Assembly (NCBI GenBank): GCA_003427395.1
Contig: BFEA01000006.1
Coordinates: 7,074,983 to 7,138,982, forward strand
Origin: Chara braunii
Taxonomy: Eukaryota; Plantae; Charophyceae
Direction: 5' to 3'
DNA length: 64,000 nt
Shown: in pieces, positions 36,101 to 49,830 of the stretch
Numbering within the stretch: the first letter of the stretch is position 1
Layout of the letters: the number at the start of each line of letters is the position of its first letter
Made by a program: the position numbers and the translations under genes
Notes under the pieces: generated by a model
What the model was told of the DNA's origin: nothing
Databases searched by the model: none
The model's input: the letters and a program-made list of their open reading frames with translations, nothing else

Positions 36101-39100
36101 TCCAAATCGCATCCTGATTAAACATGCGCCTCCAAAAAAGTCAATCCACACTGGTCATATGCTTTTTCAAAATCTATGAATATAACAGCAACGTTTTGTT
36201 GATTTTGACGAGACTTGATCATTTCGTTAACCAGCAGCACACTATTCTGTATATTTTTCCTATGTCTGTCATCATCGGAATCAGTCGATTGGTTATTGTT
36301 TTTGCTAACATTTTATAGACTACTGTCAATAATGTGATTGGCCTATAATTCTTTATATTGGTTTTGTCTCTTTTTTTATATAACAGTGTGAAGATTCTTT
36401 GACTTACAATTTTCCCTATACATTCAGAGTTTTGAACATGATTATAATATAGCATGAGGTCTTCTACCATAGTCGACTACATTGTCTCCCATAATTCTTT
36501 TGGAAGACTGTCTATCCCTGAGGTTTTATCCTCGTCCATTTGTAAGAGCGCTGCCCAGATTTCGTCCTTGCCTATTGATGCTTTCAAACTTTCTCTCTGT
36601 TCCTGCGATAATTGTTATGTTAATGGTTCAAGAAACTCCTGAGTTTTTTGTTCCACTCTTACATGGTCGACTGTGGATGTGTATAGGTTCTTAAAAAAGT
36701 CGTATGCAACTTTCAAACTACTGGCTGATGACACCGGTTCAAGATGAGGAGACTAATAAGGATCTATCAGAGCTTTTATATTTGTTCTTCTTACCCTTGC
36801 TCTGGCAAGGGCAAAGAAAGAGGAATTCATCTGTCCTTCTGACTGATATTTTGATAACTTGTTTCTTACGAGATAGCCCTGCCACATATTTTGAGCAAGG
36901 GAGAAAAATTGATTTCTTAGATTGTGAAAGTTTTCTGTTTGGAGAGGAGATTCCAATGATTTTTGTTTTTCATACTGGAGAATCTTCTCTTGAATTTTTA
37001 TTTCCTGTGCAGATTTTTGTTTAGCTATTATTTTGGAGAATTCATTATATTTTTTTGCCAATAATATTAATTGACTATTAAACCAGTCTATATAAGAATC
37101 ATGTTTATTTTTCGTGGTTTGCCATAACTTTTCATGTTTCCTCAATATAGGTTTTAAAATCAGCTCTTTTCAAAAGGGATGTATTGAGTTTATAAAAGTT
37201 TTTGCCTTGATCCGTTTTTTTTCGGAAAGTCAATAATATCGCACACATTTTGTGGTATGCTCCCAACCAAGGATTTTGCGGGAAAATATTAGCTCCTACC
37301 AATGCATGATCCAGGTCTTCTGACATAAGTATCAAGTCTATTCTAGATCTGGATCGATGAGGGGTACCAAAATTTCTGATACAGGTGAAAATCCGCTCTT
37401 GCGGAAAAACCTATTTATATGTATCATAGAGGATTTCTCCTTCACATAACTGTCGAATTATCATTTCATCCTCCTCTATGTACTCCGGACATGGTGACGG
37501 GATCCTCCACCTATCCAACCACCTATCTGGTGCTGCATTGAAATCTCCTGCTATTGTGACTGGGATTTCATTTGGGATATGATTCCCAATGTCTTGAAAA
37601 AATTGTTTACGATTTTGTACTTCATTAGGTTCATAGACATTGAGTACACATACAACATCTATTTCCAACATAACCAACATTGCAACCCATCTTCCATTTT
37701 CCTGATCTGCCTCCCAATGAATAATATATGCCGTAGAATTCGGAGGAACCCATATTGCCACTCCCGCCGAGCCACTACGCGTCGCATACGCTTGATATTT
37801 TTGATATGGCCAGACCAAGTTATGCGCTCTATTGTGAGTAGAGAAGTCTGTAAGGTGGGTCTCTTGAATATATATTAGGTCTGACCATGATCTTCCTCCT
37901 ACACCCTTTAATTGTGTTTATAATTGATCTTTTTTTCAATGTGTCTGCTGTGGCTAGAACGTTAAGATTAAGTGACCTTAGGTTTAGATCTGTTGTTTAT
38001 GTAGCTCGTTGCCAGGATGGATTCTTCCCGTACTACGCTTGTATTGCTTTCATCCTACCTTTGCAGATTCCTGCGATTAGATTACAATCTCACCCACCCC
38101 CCTCCTTCCAAAATTGACAAAGAGATGAGCATACCGCTACGTAAAATCGCACAAAGGAAAGTTGTTACCTCTGCTACAGACCATACTACATTAGCCTTTA
38201 TCTTAAGTTGCTGCATTTCTAGAAATGTCGTATGCGAATACCACTTAAGTCATGATTCCTTATAATCCTCAAAACGCACAAATGTGTTCCACTTAGCCAT
38301 TTTCGCTTGATCTCTCATTAGTGTGAGAGTTGCTTGTGGTCCTGGGTCATAGCGCTTGGACAAAAAATCATGCAGATCTCTTTTGAATGTCCTATCACCC
38401 GGACTTAGGTACTCAACATGTGTGGTCCAGCCTCTCAGCGTCACTCCCCCATATTGATCCTAGCTTATTGGACAGAGGTCAATTTCTCATTTCCCCCCTT
38501 TCTTCCGAACTGGAATCACTAAATTCCCTCTTGGGGTGGAGAACCCCTCTACTTGTCCCTTTTCTAGTGCATGACACATCTTAATTCTTTTTCCTGGATC
38601 CGCTCCTTTCTTGATCGTATGATTCGATACCCTCATTCTGTCCTTTTTTGCGTCATTCTTTTGTTCGAAGAATGTTGTTTTTGAATTTATTTTTCCTTTA
38701 CTACTCCTTCTCTCACCTTATCCTTTTCTTGTTCTTCTGGAGAAGAGTCACATTGTTCATTTTCACTGATTTCCTCCACTATAACCTCTCCTCCTTCGTA
38801 ATTTATTTTGTCTGATTCATTGTTGATACCTTTCTCCTTTTCTCGAGAGGAAACAATATCATTACCTAATGACTCATTGATTTGAGAATCTCCTTTTGTC
38901 GTTTCTTTTTCTAATCCTGAGGAGCTATTACTGGTTGACTCATTGCTTTGAGAATCTTCTTGTGTCCTCTCCTTTTCTGTTCCTAAGGTTCTATTTCCTT
39001 CTTTTGAGTCTTCTTCCTTAGGGGTTGGGGGTTGAAACATTCCTGTAACAATACCCAACATTCTCTGACTTACTATTGACCAACAAGACCCCTCAGGTAG

Positions 39101-42100
39101 ACCTTTCTCTAGTACTTGGCGAATACTAGGGATCTTACTAAAAAGTTTCTGAAGTTGGGTGTATGAAATCCCTCAGAATTCCTCTGTGCCTTTCCCACAA
39201 CGAGCCCTTAAAGTTTTAATTAGCCATTGTGTTAATTGCTTAAGTCTATCCTCTTTTGGGAGGACCTGATTAAGTTGCAAAGTTGCTTCATCCATTTCAT
39301 GATCTTGTATTGGAGGTGAAGAGTCCACTTTCATTGGTGTTGATCCAAAAGTTCCCAAGAACGGGTCCGTAACTAGTTCTTTTGAATCCTTATTATCCTC
39401 GTTTTGGGCTCCCTCCTCCCCCTTGTTGTCTTCCATCATTTGTTCAATATTTTCCTTGTTTTCTATCCTCTTTTGTGGAATTATCATTAGCTGCTTTTGG
39501 GGGTCCGTATCTCTCCTCGTAACTAGTTTTCTTCTCCTTTTCCTTTGTTTTTACTCCTTCCCGACTCTCATTCCCTCATTGTCTCTGATAATAGGTAATG
39601 AGAGCCCCTTTCTTTGTCATTTCCTCCTCGTCCTCATTATCGTCTCTTTCTGAATTTGAATCCTCTTCTTGATTCGACAAGAAAAATAATCCTTTCTTTT
39701 TTTGCTCCATAGAATCTGTGGTCTGTGGTTCAGGTGGCGCCTTCTATATTTCTTTCCTTCCTTTGATCATCGGTCTCCACTGTTGTTGCCTTGAGATTCG
39801 TTTTCTTGAACTTTTTGCCTCGTGCTGAAGATATGTTCCTTTACTCCCCACAGTAGAAAACTCCTGTAATTCTGTAGTCGTCGAGACTGAAGGTATGGTA
39901 TTTTGCATGTCCGCAGTCCTGTCGATTGAAGGTGTTGTATTTTGTCTACCTATGAATGATTTAGTCCTTTGAGCCCCTCCCCAGGACACCTCGGGTGAAA
40001 CCCATGAATGTGGTGGCTTAGTGTCCCAATTTGGATCCTCTTGTTGTTCCCAAACCCATCCTCAAGGGGCTTCTCCTTTTCTTGTATTTTCCACATAGAC
40101 CCACCCCTCATGACTTGCGTCCACAGTTCGCCTAAGATTGGGTTTGAACGGATCCCGGATTAGTCTTCCTGTCGCGCAATTTTTTTTTGCTGGGTTCTAT
40201 GGACATTCTAGTTCTGTTATTTGATGACCATAAGCCCTGCATCTAAAACACCTACCCTGTAAGGGATAACATCACCAATGCTAAAAGGTGTTGGTCAGGT
40301 GATTAAGGGCGAGCATTAGATAATCGTCCCTTTTCGCCGCATATGCAGGTAAAGGATCTATAAAATCCACAATGTCATACTTTGTCCCAAAGTCATATAT
40401 AAATGTTGTCTGTATTTCTATTGGAATATGTCTAAACTCTACCCAATAGAAGTCCTCCATCATCTGTTTCTGCTTTTCATTCGGATCTTGTTTTGGAGGT
40501 GACCAGGGATAAATTCGGACTTCCGACCGTTCACATCTTAGCTTACGTCAATTGTCAATCGTTTTCTTATCCGATATGTGTAGACACAATATTATGAAAA
40601 TTGTAGAAGAAATTGAAAGAATGAGGAAGTTTTGGCATACTGCCTCATAACTACCCTTATATATCGATAGTCTCTAACATATCCACTTGATTTTCTCATT
40701 GGTGGACTTGTAAGCAGAGTCGTCGTGAAATACCCAGTTATTTGCGTGCTCTAAATAGATTGCATCCTGTTCTTTCAATTTCTGAGTCGGGTATGGTTTG
40801 ATCTGCGACTTCTTTCCTGCCAAATCAATCACTTTGTTTTTTGAGGAAATAATAAATTTGGACAGAAAAAAGGCTTTGGTTGTTGGGAGGTTGCGCAGTG
40901 GTATTTTCAGTGTCTGAGACTGTCTTTCCTGCCTTTTTATCTCCAATTCTTTTGACTACTATGGCCCCTTGACACATTGCACCCAGGGCAGATTCCCCTC
41001 CTTTTGATGTTCCTTGTCTTGTTGAGTTGCAGCAACTCCTTCGCCCTGTCCTTCCCCTCTCCCCTCTATTCATTCTTCCTTTCCTCCCCTCTTACCTCCA
41101 CCTCCCCTTTCCCCTTCCTTTTCTTTTCTCAGTAACTGCAAATTGTTTTGAGAGGCACCCGCTTGCGGCCCCATGTTTCCCCTGCTTCCCATTGCGTACT
41201 TTGAGGTTGAAGACATTCTTTGGTGTTTGAAGGTCATTACGAAACCAATTCCTGGTGGCAGAACCAGTTTTGTGGTCTGGTCCCCCGTCTTTTGTGTCTG
41301 TTTCTGCGCAGAGTCTGTTTCTTCCATTTCTTCCCTATTATATAGAGGGTTGATTATCAGTTCCTGTTGCTGTTGGTTTTGTTCCTTCTGCAACATGAAC
41401 TCATTTGTCTGTTCTGAGGACTGTTCTGCATTTTGTATTTGTTCCTTCTGCTCTTTTTGTTCCTTTGGCGTCAGTATCTCACGCTCCATCATCAGAGTAT
41501 CAGTTGCGTTTCCTTTGTCTTCCGTCCTTTGTTTCTGTCTGTCTATCATCACTGTCCTAATGGGGGTTTGTAATTGTCTTATCACCATCTGCCGCATCGC
41601 TCCCCTAAACATGAGCATTGATCCTCTCACTATGTGGCTGCGCTGATGGTGAATAATACGCGGCAAGTTTGTTTTCCTACAATTATTCTTCTCTTTTTTT
41701 TAGTGTGATTTCTCTCCTCTTTGTGTACTCCTTTCTCGTTACCTTTTCCAATCCTTCCTTCTACCAATGGTGGTAAAGTCTTTAATTCAATCTGTTTTCC
41801 TTTTTTAGACCCCTCTTAGACAAAAATTATCTTTCTGTTGTCTCGTAGCACTTCGTGTTTCTCCTTCCTCCCTCCCCTTGTCCCCTCCTTTCCTTCTTCT
41901 GCCACCTTAGCCCCGCGTGTTTCACCTTCTTCCCTCCCCTTATCTCCTCCCATCCTTCGTTCCCCCCCCCCTCCTCGTTTGTACCGCTTTTTACTGTAGC
42001 ATGAGAGTAGCAATGATGATTCGATCCGTGATGATCAATGATAATCAAACCACCCACCTATATGATTAATGGTAGTCGACAATGATCGTAGTACTCCTTC

Positions 42101-42830
42101 CTCCCTCCCCTTATTTCCCCCCTTCCTTCGTTCCCTCACCTCGGCCCTTCCTGTTTCTCCTTCCTTCCTCCCTTTTTTCCTTCCTTCCAATGGCCACACC
42201 TTTTACAGCGCCTGATTTCAATTCTAGATAAAATTTAGGTACGACTCAAGTTTTTCACAGTCGTACTGTATTTCTTCTTCCTCGCTCCCCTTGTCTCCCT
42301 CCTTCTATCGCTCCCTCCTCCTCAGCACATCGTGTTGCTTCTTCCTCCCTCCCCTTTTCTCCCCCCTTCCTTGTTCTCCTACCTCTCGTCGTTTCTTTCT
42401 GTTTCGTTGGTTTCGTTTGTTCTACTTCCTTGTAGCATCAAGATTTCCCAACGCCGGCGCACCCAACTGCTAATTTTCGGCCAACTTCCGAGATCTCTCA
42501 TAAACTCACTTCGATTGTCATCTGCCAGAGCCACGTGCCCGAGTAAGAAGATACTTGGCAGATCGCTTATTAACCAATTACCCTAAAGTTGGTGCCCCCC
42601 CCCCCCCCTTATCTCCCTCCTTCCTTCTTCCCCCCTCTCATTGCTTCATTTCGTTTGTCCTACTTTACTCTAGCATGAGAACACCCAATACTAGCGCATC
42701 CCAATTTCGAACTATTACAACTGTTCCTGATTCTAAACTTCCGACCGAAAACAGAGCCTCTCATCTGCCGTAGCCACGTGTCCAAATACAGGGCTACTTG
42801 CCAGGTCACCTTTAGCGTCAGAGTATCCCA
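33154..42830 (-). mobile_element. LINE C: older, heavily decayed near full-length L1-clade element related to LINE A
   Basis: Poly(T) at 33154. Fragments MFADD, NYRPITLL, AGDFN, and ORF1 FYWVEFRHIPIEIQ and NWVFHDD match LINE A. Many stops and frameshifts. 5' end approximate. Confidence 0.88.
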
Positions 42831-42871
42831 AAGCCACCGCCGCTCAGTGTATTACCCCTGTACTAGGCACA

Positions 42872-43252
42872 TAATGGATATGAGATATCGAAGATGATTG
42901 AATCCTAGTTGATGCTTCGTAGAGCTGTGGTGTATTGTGCTCTTGGTTTACCGATGCCAGAACGACGCTGGCCGGTGCTGGGACGTTTTGTCCTCTAACC
43001 TGTTTGTAGCAGGAGTATGAGGCCTGGTAGAGAGTTCTGGGGATTCGTCGAGGGAGGAAGGCAATCCAGTGGCGAAATGGGGGGGCTGCTAAGACAACCT
43101 AAGAGAGCGGGTATAGTCTTGGCAGTGAAAGCACGGCAACTATGCGTAGTGTTGGTTTAGGATGATTTTGTTTTTGGCGTCTTGCATCTGATATAGGGGA
43201 GGCCAGGAGTTGTTGATGGTTTGAGAAGCCAGGTTTTGTCGATGTAGTTCAT
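42872..43252 (+). repeat. ~380-bp dispersed repeat, copy 2
   Basis: Colinear with 32713-33091. Confidence 0.85.
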
Positions 43253-43959
43253 AGTTCTCTTTAATCACTTTTTATCTGGGTCATCATCGTCGTCATCTTC
43301 ATATTATCATCATCATCATCATTATCTTATAGCACCAGTAGAAAAAAAACAATATGGTTGTACTTCATGATGGACATAAACCAGAGCCATGGTCATGTGG
43401 ATCCTACCGAAAAGCGGATCCAAATTTACATCTCTACCAATAGGTCAAGTGGAGTATGCACGGGTTTGTCAGTAGCAACCTTTGTTTCGTGATTCTACAA
43501 CTAAAGAAAGGATCGCAAGTGTCAACAAAGTACACTTTGAAATGCTAGCACCACGACTTTCAAAGACCCTCCGTTTCGACCTCACAACACGACCGTGAAT
43601 ACAAATCCTAAATACCAATCAAATTTTGAACCAATAGAGAACAACTTACAGATCCTGCTTTCAAAATGCAATTAGCACGAAATATTTGATGTATTTAGCC
43701 TGAGATCATTCGAAAGGTCGTCCACATGCGCTGCCCGGATGCGGGACCCGCTCAAAGAGAACCTGCTTGCAGTTAACCATAAATTTGGTCATGCAAAGTG
43801 GACTTCAACCGATACACATAAGCAATTTTAAGCGGGCCACATCCGCTCATTAAAATGATCACCACCATCAAAATCACTAACAAAACCAACATCCAAGTTT
43901 TTTTCCCATGCACCTTCTCAACGCCTCAACAATGGCAGTGCAACCAAATACGAATTAGA

Positions 43960-45744
43960 ACACAAACTATGGATGCTTGACTTTGGGTTGGAGCGCATAC
44001 CTAGGAATAAGAATCGGGTTGACGAGCTTAGTCGGATCAATTGGGATAAGTCCGGCGAAAGAGCTAATGAGGATATACCTCCGGTGGACGCATTTCTCGA
44101 TGAGAAGCAGGATGTGAAGCTCCATATCAATGCACATGTCATTGGGGTCAGCGGAATCATTGTACAAGGGCAGTCTGTTTTCCTTGCTCCTACAGGGTAT
44201 GTAAAGAGTGTCGATATGATCCTCAAGGACTTCGTGGAGGAGGATCCTTGGGGAGGGAAGGAGGTTGAGTGGATGACAAAACTTGCATTGGCAGAGACCT
44301 TCCAAGTAAAAGAAGACTCACTGGCCATTGAGAGTGGAGCTTACTCACTCGACACGCACGAGAAGTATGCAGTGGATGCCAGTTTCCTCGTCAACTCGAT
44401 CGTCCAAGTGCACAATGATGGAGAAGGGAGTCGAGATCCTGTTAGAGATATGGGAGAAAACGAGTTCGAGGAATGAGAGATAATTGAGGTTTTTCGCGCA
44501 GATGAATACGAAGGCGTATACCGCGAGTTGGGCTTGCTTCTCTCGTGTGAGATCAGAGAGAGAGAAACAACTAAGAAGGTACTCGAGATGAGACCTCGTT
44601 GTTTAGTCCGGGATTGACACCTTTTCATCAAAAATGAGGTTGGCAACCAGAGGAGGGTGATCTACGGCCGAAATCGTCATATAGACATTATAATCGTGCT
44701 TCATGATGGACCCACAGGCTTTCACAGAACATTCGTCGTGGCGTATGCTAAGGAGCGAGAGCTTTACTACTGGGAAGGAATGAGTGAGATACTTCGCAAA
44801 TATTGTGAGTCATGTGTTCCATGTCAAATTAGGACGTCGGCTATGTACAAGGAGTTATTGCACCCAAGGATTGTACGTGATGTAGGAGCAATGGTCCGAC
44901 TGGACCTATTGGCAATGCCTCAGGGTGTGGGCGGCTACAACTACATCTTCGACGCATAGGATAATTTTACGGGGTTTGTCGATGGGCGAGCTATTCGGAG
45001 CAAGACGGGCGAAACTTTGGTTTTGTGCATCTCCGAGTATTTCCTCAGATATCCTTTCGTAGTAGAATTCGTGATGGACAGAGGGTCAGAGTTCACCGGT
45101 GGAAAAGTGAGAACCTTGTTGCAGGAGTATGGCGTTCAAGCCAACTATACAACTAGGGAGCACCCGTAGGTGAACGCCCGGGTTGAGAGAGGACACACCA
45201 CCATCACGAACCTACTGGCGAAATGGACAAATGACAAGGAGGACCAGTGGCCTAAGTATTTGCGCGTTGCTTTCTTCGTGGAGAATATCACGATTAAGAT
45301 ATCCACGAAGTACGCGCCAGCAACACTATGGTATGGACGACATGCCACGCTCCCGATAGAGAGTTTTCTAAAGATGTGGAGGAGGCAGGATATAGAGAGC
45401 ACCTTGTCCTTTGAGGAATTACTGGATTTGTGGGCCAAACAAGTTGGCATCGCAGAAGAGAGGATCCAAGAAGCGGTAGATTGGGTAACGGACAGTCGGC
45501 TACGAGACAAAGAGAGGTGGAATCTCCTCCCATGCGTCAGGAATGAGTCACTGGAAATCAGAGACGTGGTGTTAATATATGACTCATCGCTAGAGAAACA
45601 GTGGTCTCGTAAGTTGGACAAGCGGTGGTTAGGCCTATATCGCATTAGATGGTGCGGGCATATGAGATCGAGGAGCTTAACGGCACGCCGTGGAGAAATG
45701 GGGTATCAGGTTCAAAACTAAAAAAGTTCAACGTGCGAGACTAA
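43960..45744 (+). pseudogene. Ty3/gypsy (non-chromovirus) pol remnant: RNase H end plus integrase (element D)
   Basis: ERIPRNKNRVDELSR, LHDG..HR..YYWEGM..YCESCVPCQ, MDRGSEF, NARVERGH, KRWLGLYRI..YEIEELNG..LKKF*; no chromodomain. Confidence 0.88.
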
Positions 45745-46044
45745 GGTGAGAGTGGCGGAAAAACACTGCGAGTTGAGATAGTATCTGATTCGTCGTTTTA
45801 TTAGATGGCACTCTGCATTAGTGATATGACAGGATTGTGTATTAGTGTTTAGATGGGTCTTAATATGATTTTTAGTTCGTTAGTCAGGTGAGTCGTTTCA
45901 GGGTATGAGAGATTTGCTTGGGTCAGTAGGTATAGACATTTCATCTCTTCTCTTGTGCTTACTTTTGTTTCCTCTATCGTTCGTCCTTCTTATTTATGCA
46001 GGGTTGACTTTTCGAAGTTAGCAACTATTTGGAGGGGCGGGAGG

Positions 46045-49000
46045 ATGGCGGGACAGGAGGATGAGCGACTAGCCACGTCTTCGATATTGGACTCTTTCGT
46101 TACGGGGGCGGACATGTATTTTCATTTTTGGACGGATTAGTTTGGCAAGTTTAGGTCATTGGGTTAGAATTCGCTCAGATGACAGAAAGGGTTAGGGGTA
46201 CTGGCAGCTATGAGGAGCATGTGGCTCAGATGATGAGAATGGCATTGGATTGGAGACAGTTCGTCTGGCGGATGCTGAGATTACGGCCTCAACCCATTGA
46301 TCGACAGGGTAGGCACGTGCGACTTTATGGGGCTAACCTGAATGAGTTCCTTGAGGTTTTCATCATTTTTGGGGATGGGCAGAGATGGACTGAGGCACAG
46401 AGGGTTGGGCAGGTTCGGCACTGGGTTATCCCGGAGCTTAGACATGAGGTGAGTACCATGTCACACACAGCACAGACTTGGGCGGAGCTTATAGCAGCGC
46501 GTAGAGGGGCATTCACCACTAGTAGACGACGCAGGCTGCGCAAAGAGGTTAGAGATTACATCCCGGAGCTCAGGACATGTCCGCGGACGCAACTAAAGAG
46601 GGTTGAGAGCGATGAGAGGCGATCACAATAGAGGCGGAGAAAAAGTGAGCAGTTGGGGATCCCACTCGCCTAGGATAGGCAGGCGCTCAGGACGTCAAGA
46701 TCGAGGGGATGATCTAGAGGAGAGAGATCAGGTGCGAACTGTTGATATTGGGGGGATCCTCTCTACAGGTGATGTTGGGGAGGAGGTCTTACCAGTAGGA
46801 TCCCAGAGGCAGGATGACTCATCTATCCCTGAGATTGGGACATCGCAAGTACCAGAAGCATATCAAGGTGAGACTGGGAGTAGAGGTTGTGATCGTGGAG
46901 GTGCGCCTGAGGCAGATGGGAGTACTCAGCCTACGCTCATACAGGATGGGGAGGAGGCTTCCCTACAGCTTGTGTTGACGACTGTTCCAGACCAGCCTAC
47001 TAGGATTGATACCTCGAAGAGGGCGGTTTCCGATACTGCATCGGAGGATAGGAGGGATAGGCCTTATCGATGGAGAGACACACAGGACACGGCATTAGAT
47101 CTCCCGCAAGGGGAGCTACAACTCATGATAGAGCCTGCCACGATAGGACCGATGCAGGAGCACGAGGGACCTGACCTCACCTCCAACGAAGTTGAGGAGA
47201 GTGATCCTCAGTGTCACCAAATGAACATGCATGGCCCTAATGACAGGAGGTGTATGAGAGAGGATACTTTGAGAAACGTCATTTGGCCACGGTATGAGCA
47301 GCATCAGCATGAGTTAGAGCTCAGAGCGGCATCTGAACGACCTCAGGTGAAGGTCCTAGCACACGGAGATGGAGCCCACGAGGGGCCTCAGCCTGAGCAG
47401 GTACAGGAGACGACACTGATGCATGGTGAGCTAGGGCACCGTAGGCAGAGGGTTCAGCCTCAGTCAGAGCCAGCGATGGAGGATGGTGAGAGAGGTGCGA
47501 GGGGACCCTCATCATTGGATGGATTGTCATTACTAAGCGAGAGTCGATTGGTTGCGCAGCCAACTGAGATTGAGGGTTCATTGACTGCCCAGCTATATGA
47601 CATGGAGTCTCCTCGGATGCAGGTACAACAGGACGTATCCCAACCATCGGCCATAGATATAGAGACAGAGCAGGTTGAGGCCGAGGTTATGGGGTTAGGC
47701 ACGGAGACTCCCACGGAGGGCATACAGACCTGGCGAGTGGAGTCGTCACCTCTAGATTTCGGGGCTACTCCTCAGCGAGATGGAGGTCAGAGGGAGACTA
47801 GCATGAGAGGCCAAGTTGAGGCAGGTCCGGAGCATACCCAGGATGCATTCATGACTCATGAGGAGGAGAGCTGGCCAGAGTTCGATAGATCACGAGCCTG
47901 TCAGGAGGGATGTGTGGCGAGCCGAGGAGATGGGACGGATACCATCGTTACATTTTCCAGGTTGGTTGGTTTTTGAGTGACTCGGCCAAGCAGCGAGACC
48001 TCACTTGCGGGAGGATCAGACCACTGGTGGGCTCATAGTATTGTATGATGACCTGAACATGTAGAGGACCTATATTGGCGGCGGCCTCGCAGCAGATCGA
48101 GAGGCGACCGAGCAGGTTAGGGATTATACGAGGAGAGTTGTCATCCGATCCTTTAAGTTGAGTCGCAACAGGCAGACGGAGCACGATACACTAAGAAAGG
48201 AGGTGAGTGACCTCCATACGTTTGTTGAGGGAAGGGAGGTTCAGACTTTAGAGGAGGCCGAGGCGGTCCTCAAGATTCATGAGAGAGAGGCGAGTGACTG
48301 GAGGGCGGTTCAGAGGATACTCACGGAGTATGAGCCACTTTTTGACGCGACGGACAGAGATAGGCTCGAGCGCAGGGTTGTCCTTGAGACTGTGCGATCA
48401 TCTAAGTTGGAGAGCCAGGTGTCGACTCTTGTCAGGTTACGGCGAGAGACTGAGGAGCAGACACAGAGACTCTTCTACGAGGATGCAGCCACAACCGGAT
48501 GGTAGGAGGAGGTTAGGATGAGGAGATGGACAAGAGAGGAGCCCATGCTTGAGGGTGAGCGTACGAAGGCAGAGGAGGGGCTCCAGGCGAAATTGCTATG
48601 TGAGGCCTCAGTGCGAAAGTTGGCAGGAGTGATGGAGCATGTCAGGAGACTCACGCAGACCGAGGTTGTGCAAGGAGAGGTACTTCATGATGTGGTACAG
48701 AGGATAGGTATCCTAAAGCAGGAGAACATAGGTCTGAGGGACGTGGTACGTGACCTCGTCGCTAGCGCAGAGCGGACGAGACAATCTACCTTGAGACTCA
48801 AGCAGATGGTTACTGGTCTAGAGGAGGCTCAGAGGCGTCAGGCCGCGATAGATCTGGTCGACGAGAGGGGGACTGAGGGCAGCAGATTCCTGTCGGACAC
48901 GCACGCATCACTCACGAGGTAGAGCCAGTTGGAGTGAGATTGGACATCCCTCGATGAGACTCGCACATATAGGAGCCACTTGGAGCTATGAGGATGACAT

Positions 49001-49830
49001 ATGAGGAGGTTGCAGTTGCCGACAAGCTCATGCTTGAGCCACACGAGATTGAGAGGAGGAGAGAGGCAAAGGCACGTGGTTTGGAGTTGGTCCCTCTATC
49101 AGAATTGGCAGTTCAAAGGGATGCATGGCGAGAGATGGATGGTAAACACGACGAGCGAGAGACGGTCTCAGAATCACGAGATGTCATACCATAGCAGGAC
49201 ACGAGGGGGTCAAGTGCGGTATTGCCTACGACTCTACCATTTACACCAGCTCCAGCTTTGGGGCCGATGAACGACATAGTGCACCTCCTTTCTTCAGAGT
49301 CTGAGAGATGTGACGAGGAGGCAACGACTGAGAGGGCCTCGAGGATGTTGAGTCCTGATACGGTAGATAGAACCGTACAGGATGCGACAATCCGACTCGA
49401 GAGGGCACGAACTCAGGTTTTACCAAAACCTAAGAAAGCGAAGGTAGAGGGCATTAACACCGGTGGTATGTGCTCATGATATGACAGAGGAGTGCATGAC
49501 AGAGTTGTTTGCCCCGCCTTCCAGGTTGACCTCAGGAGGCGAGTCGTGCAGTTCGATGGACAAGGGCTACTTAGGGATATGCGTGGCGCTCGTCTTCTGA
49601 CAAGGCGTCACGGTGTTAAGAGAGTCGTGTATGACAAGCTAGGCCTGGAGCTGAGGAGGATGAGTGACAGATTACATGTCCACGAGACGCATGAGGTGTC
49701 AGACTATGAGATCAAAGAGAAGATCAATGAGAACGAGGTGATTGTTACGAAAGATAAGCCGTTGGGCTCGTTCCATATTATTATCTTCTACTTTGAGGGC
49801 TCCAAGGCATATACTTGTATTACCGCATGA
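46045..49830 (+). pseudogene. Large decayed extra ORF 3' of integrase, Gag-like (capsid-like N-terminus, acidic disordered region, coiled coil, relic CCHC knuckle)
   Basis: Colinear ORF pieces 46179..46631, 46603..47976, 48158..48922 and 48988..49830. YGANLNEFL..W..TWAEL..F and C-S-*-Y-DRGV-H-DRVV-C at 49471-49512. Confidence 0.6.
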
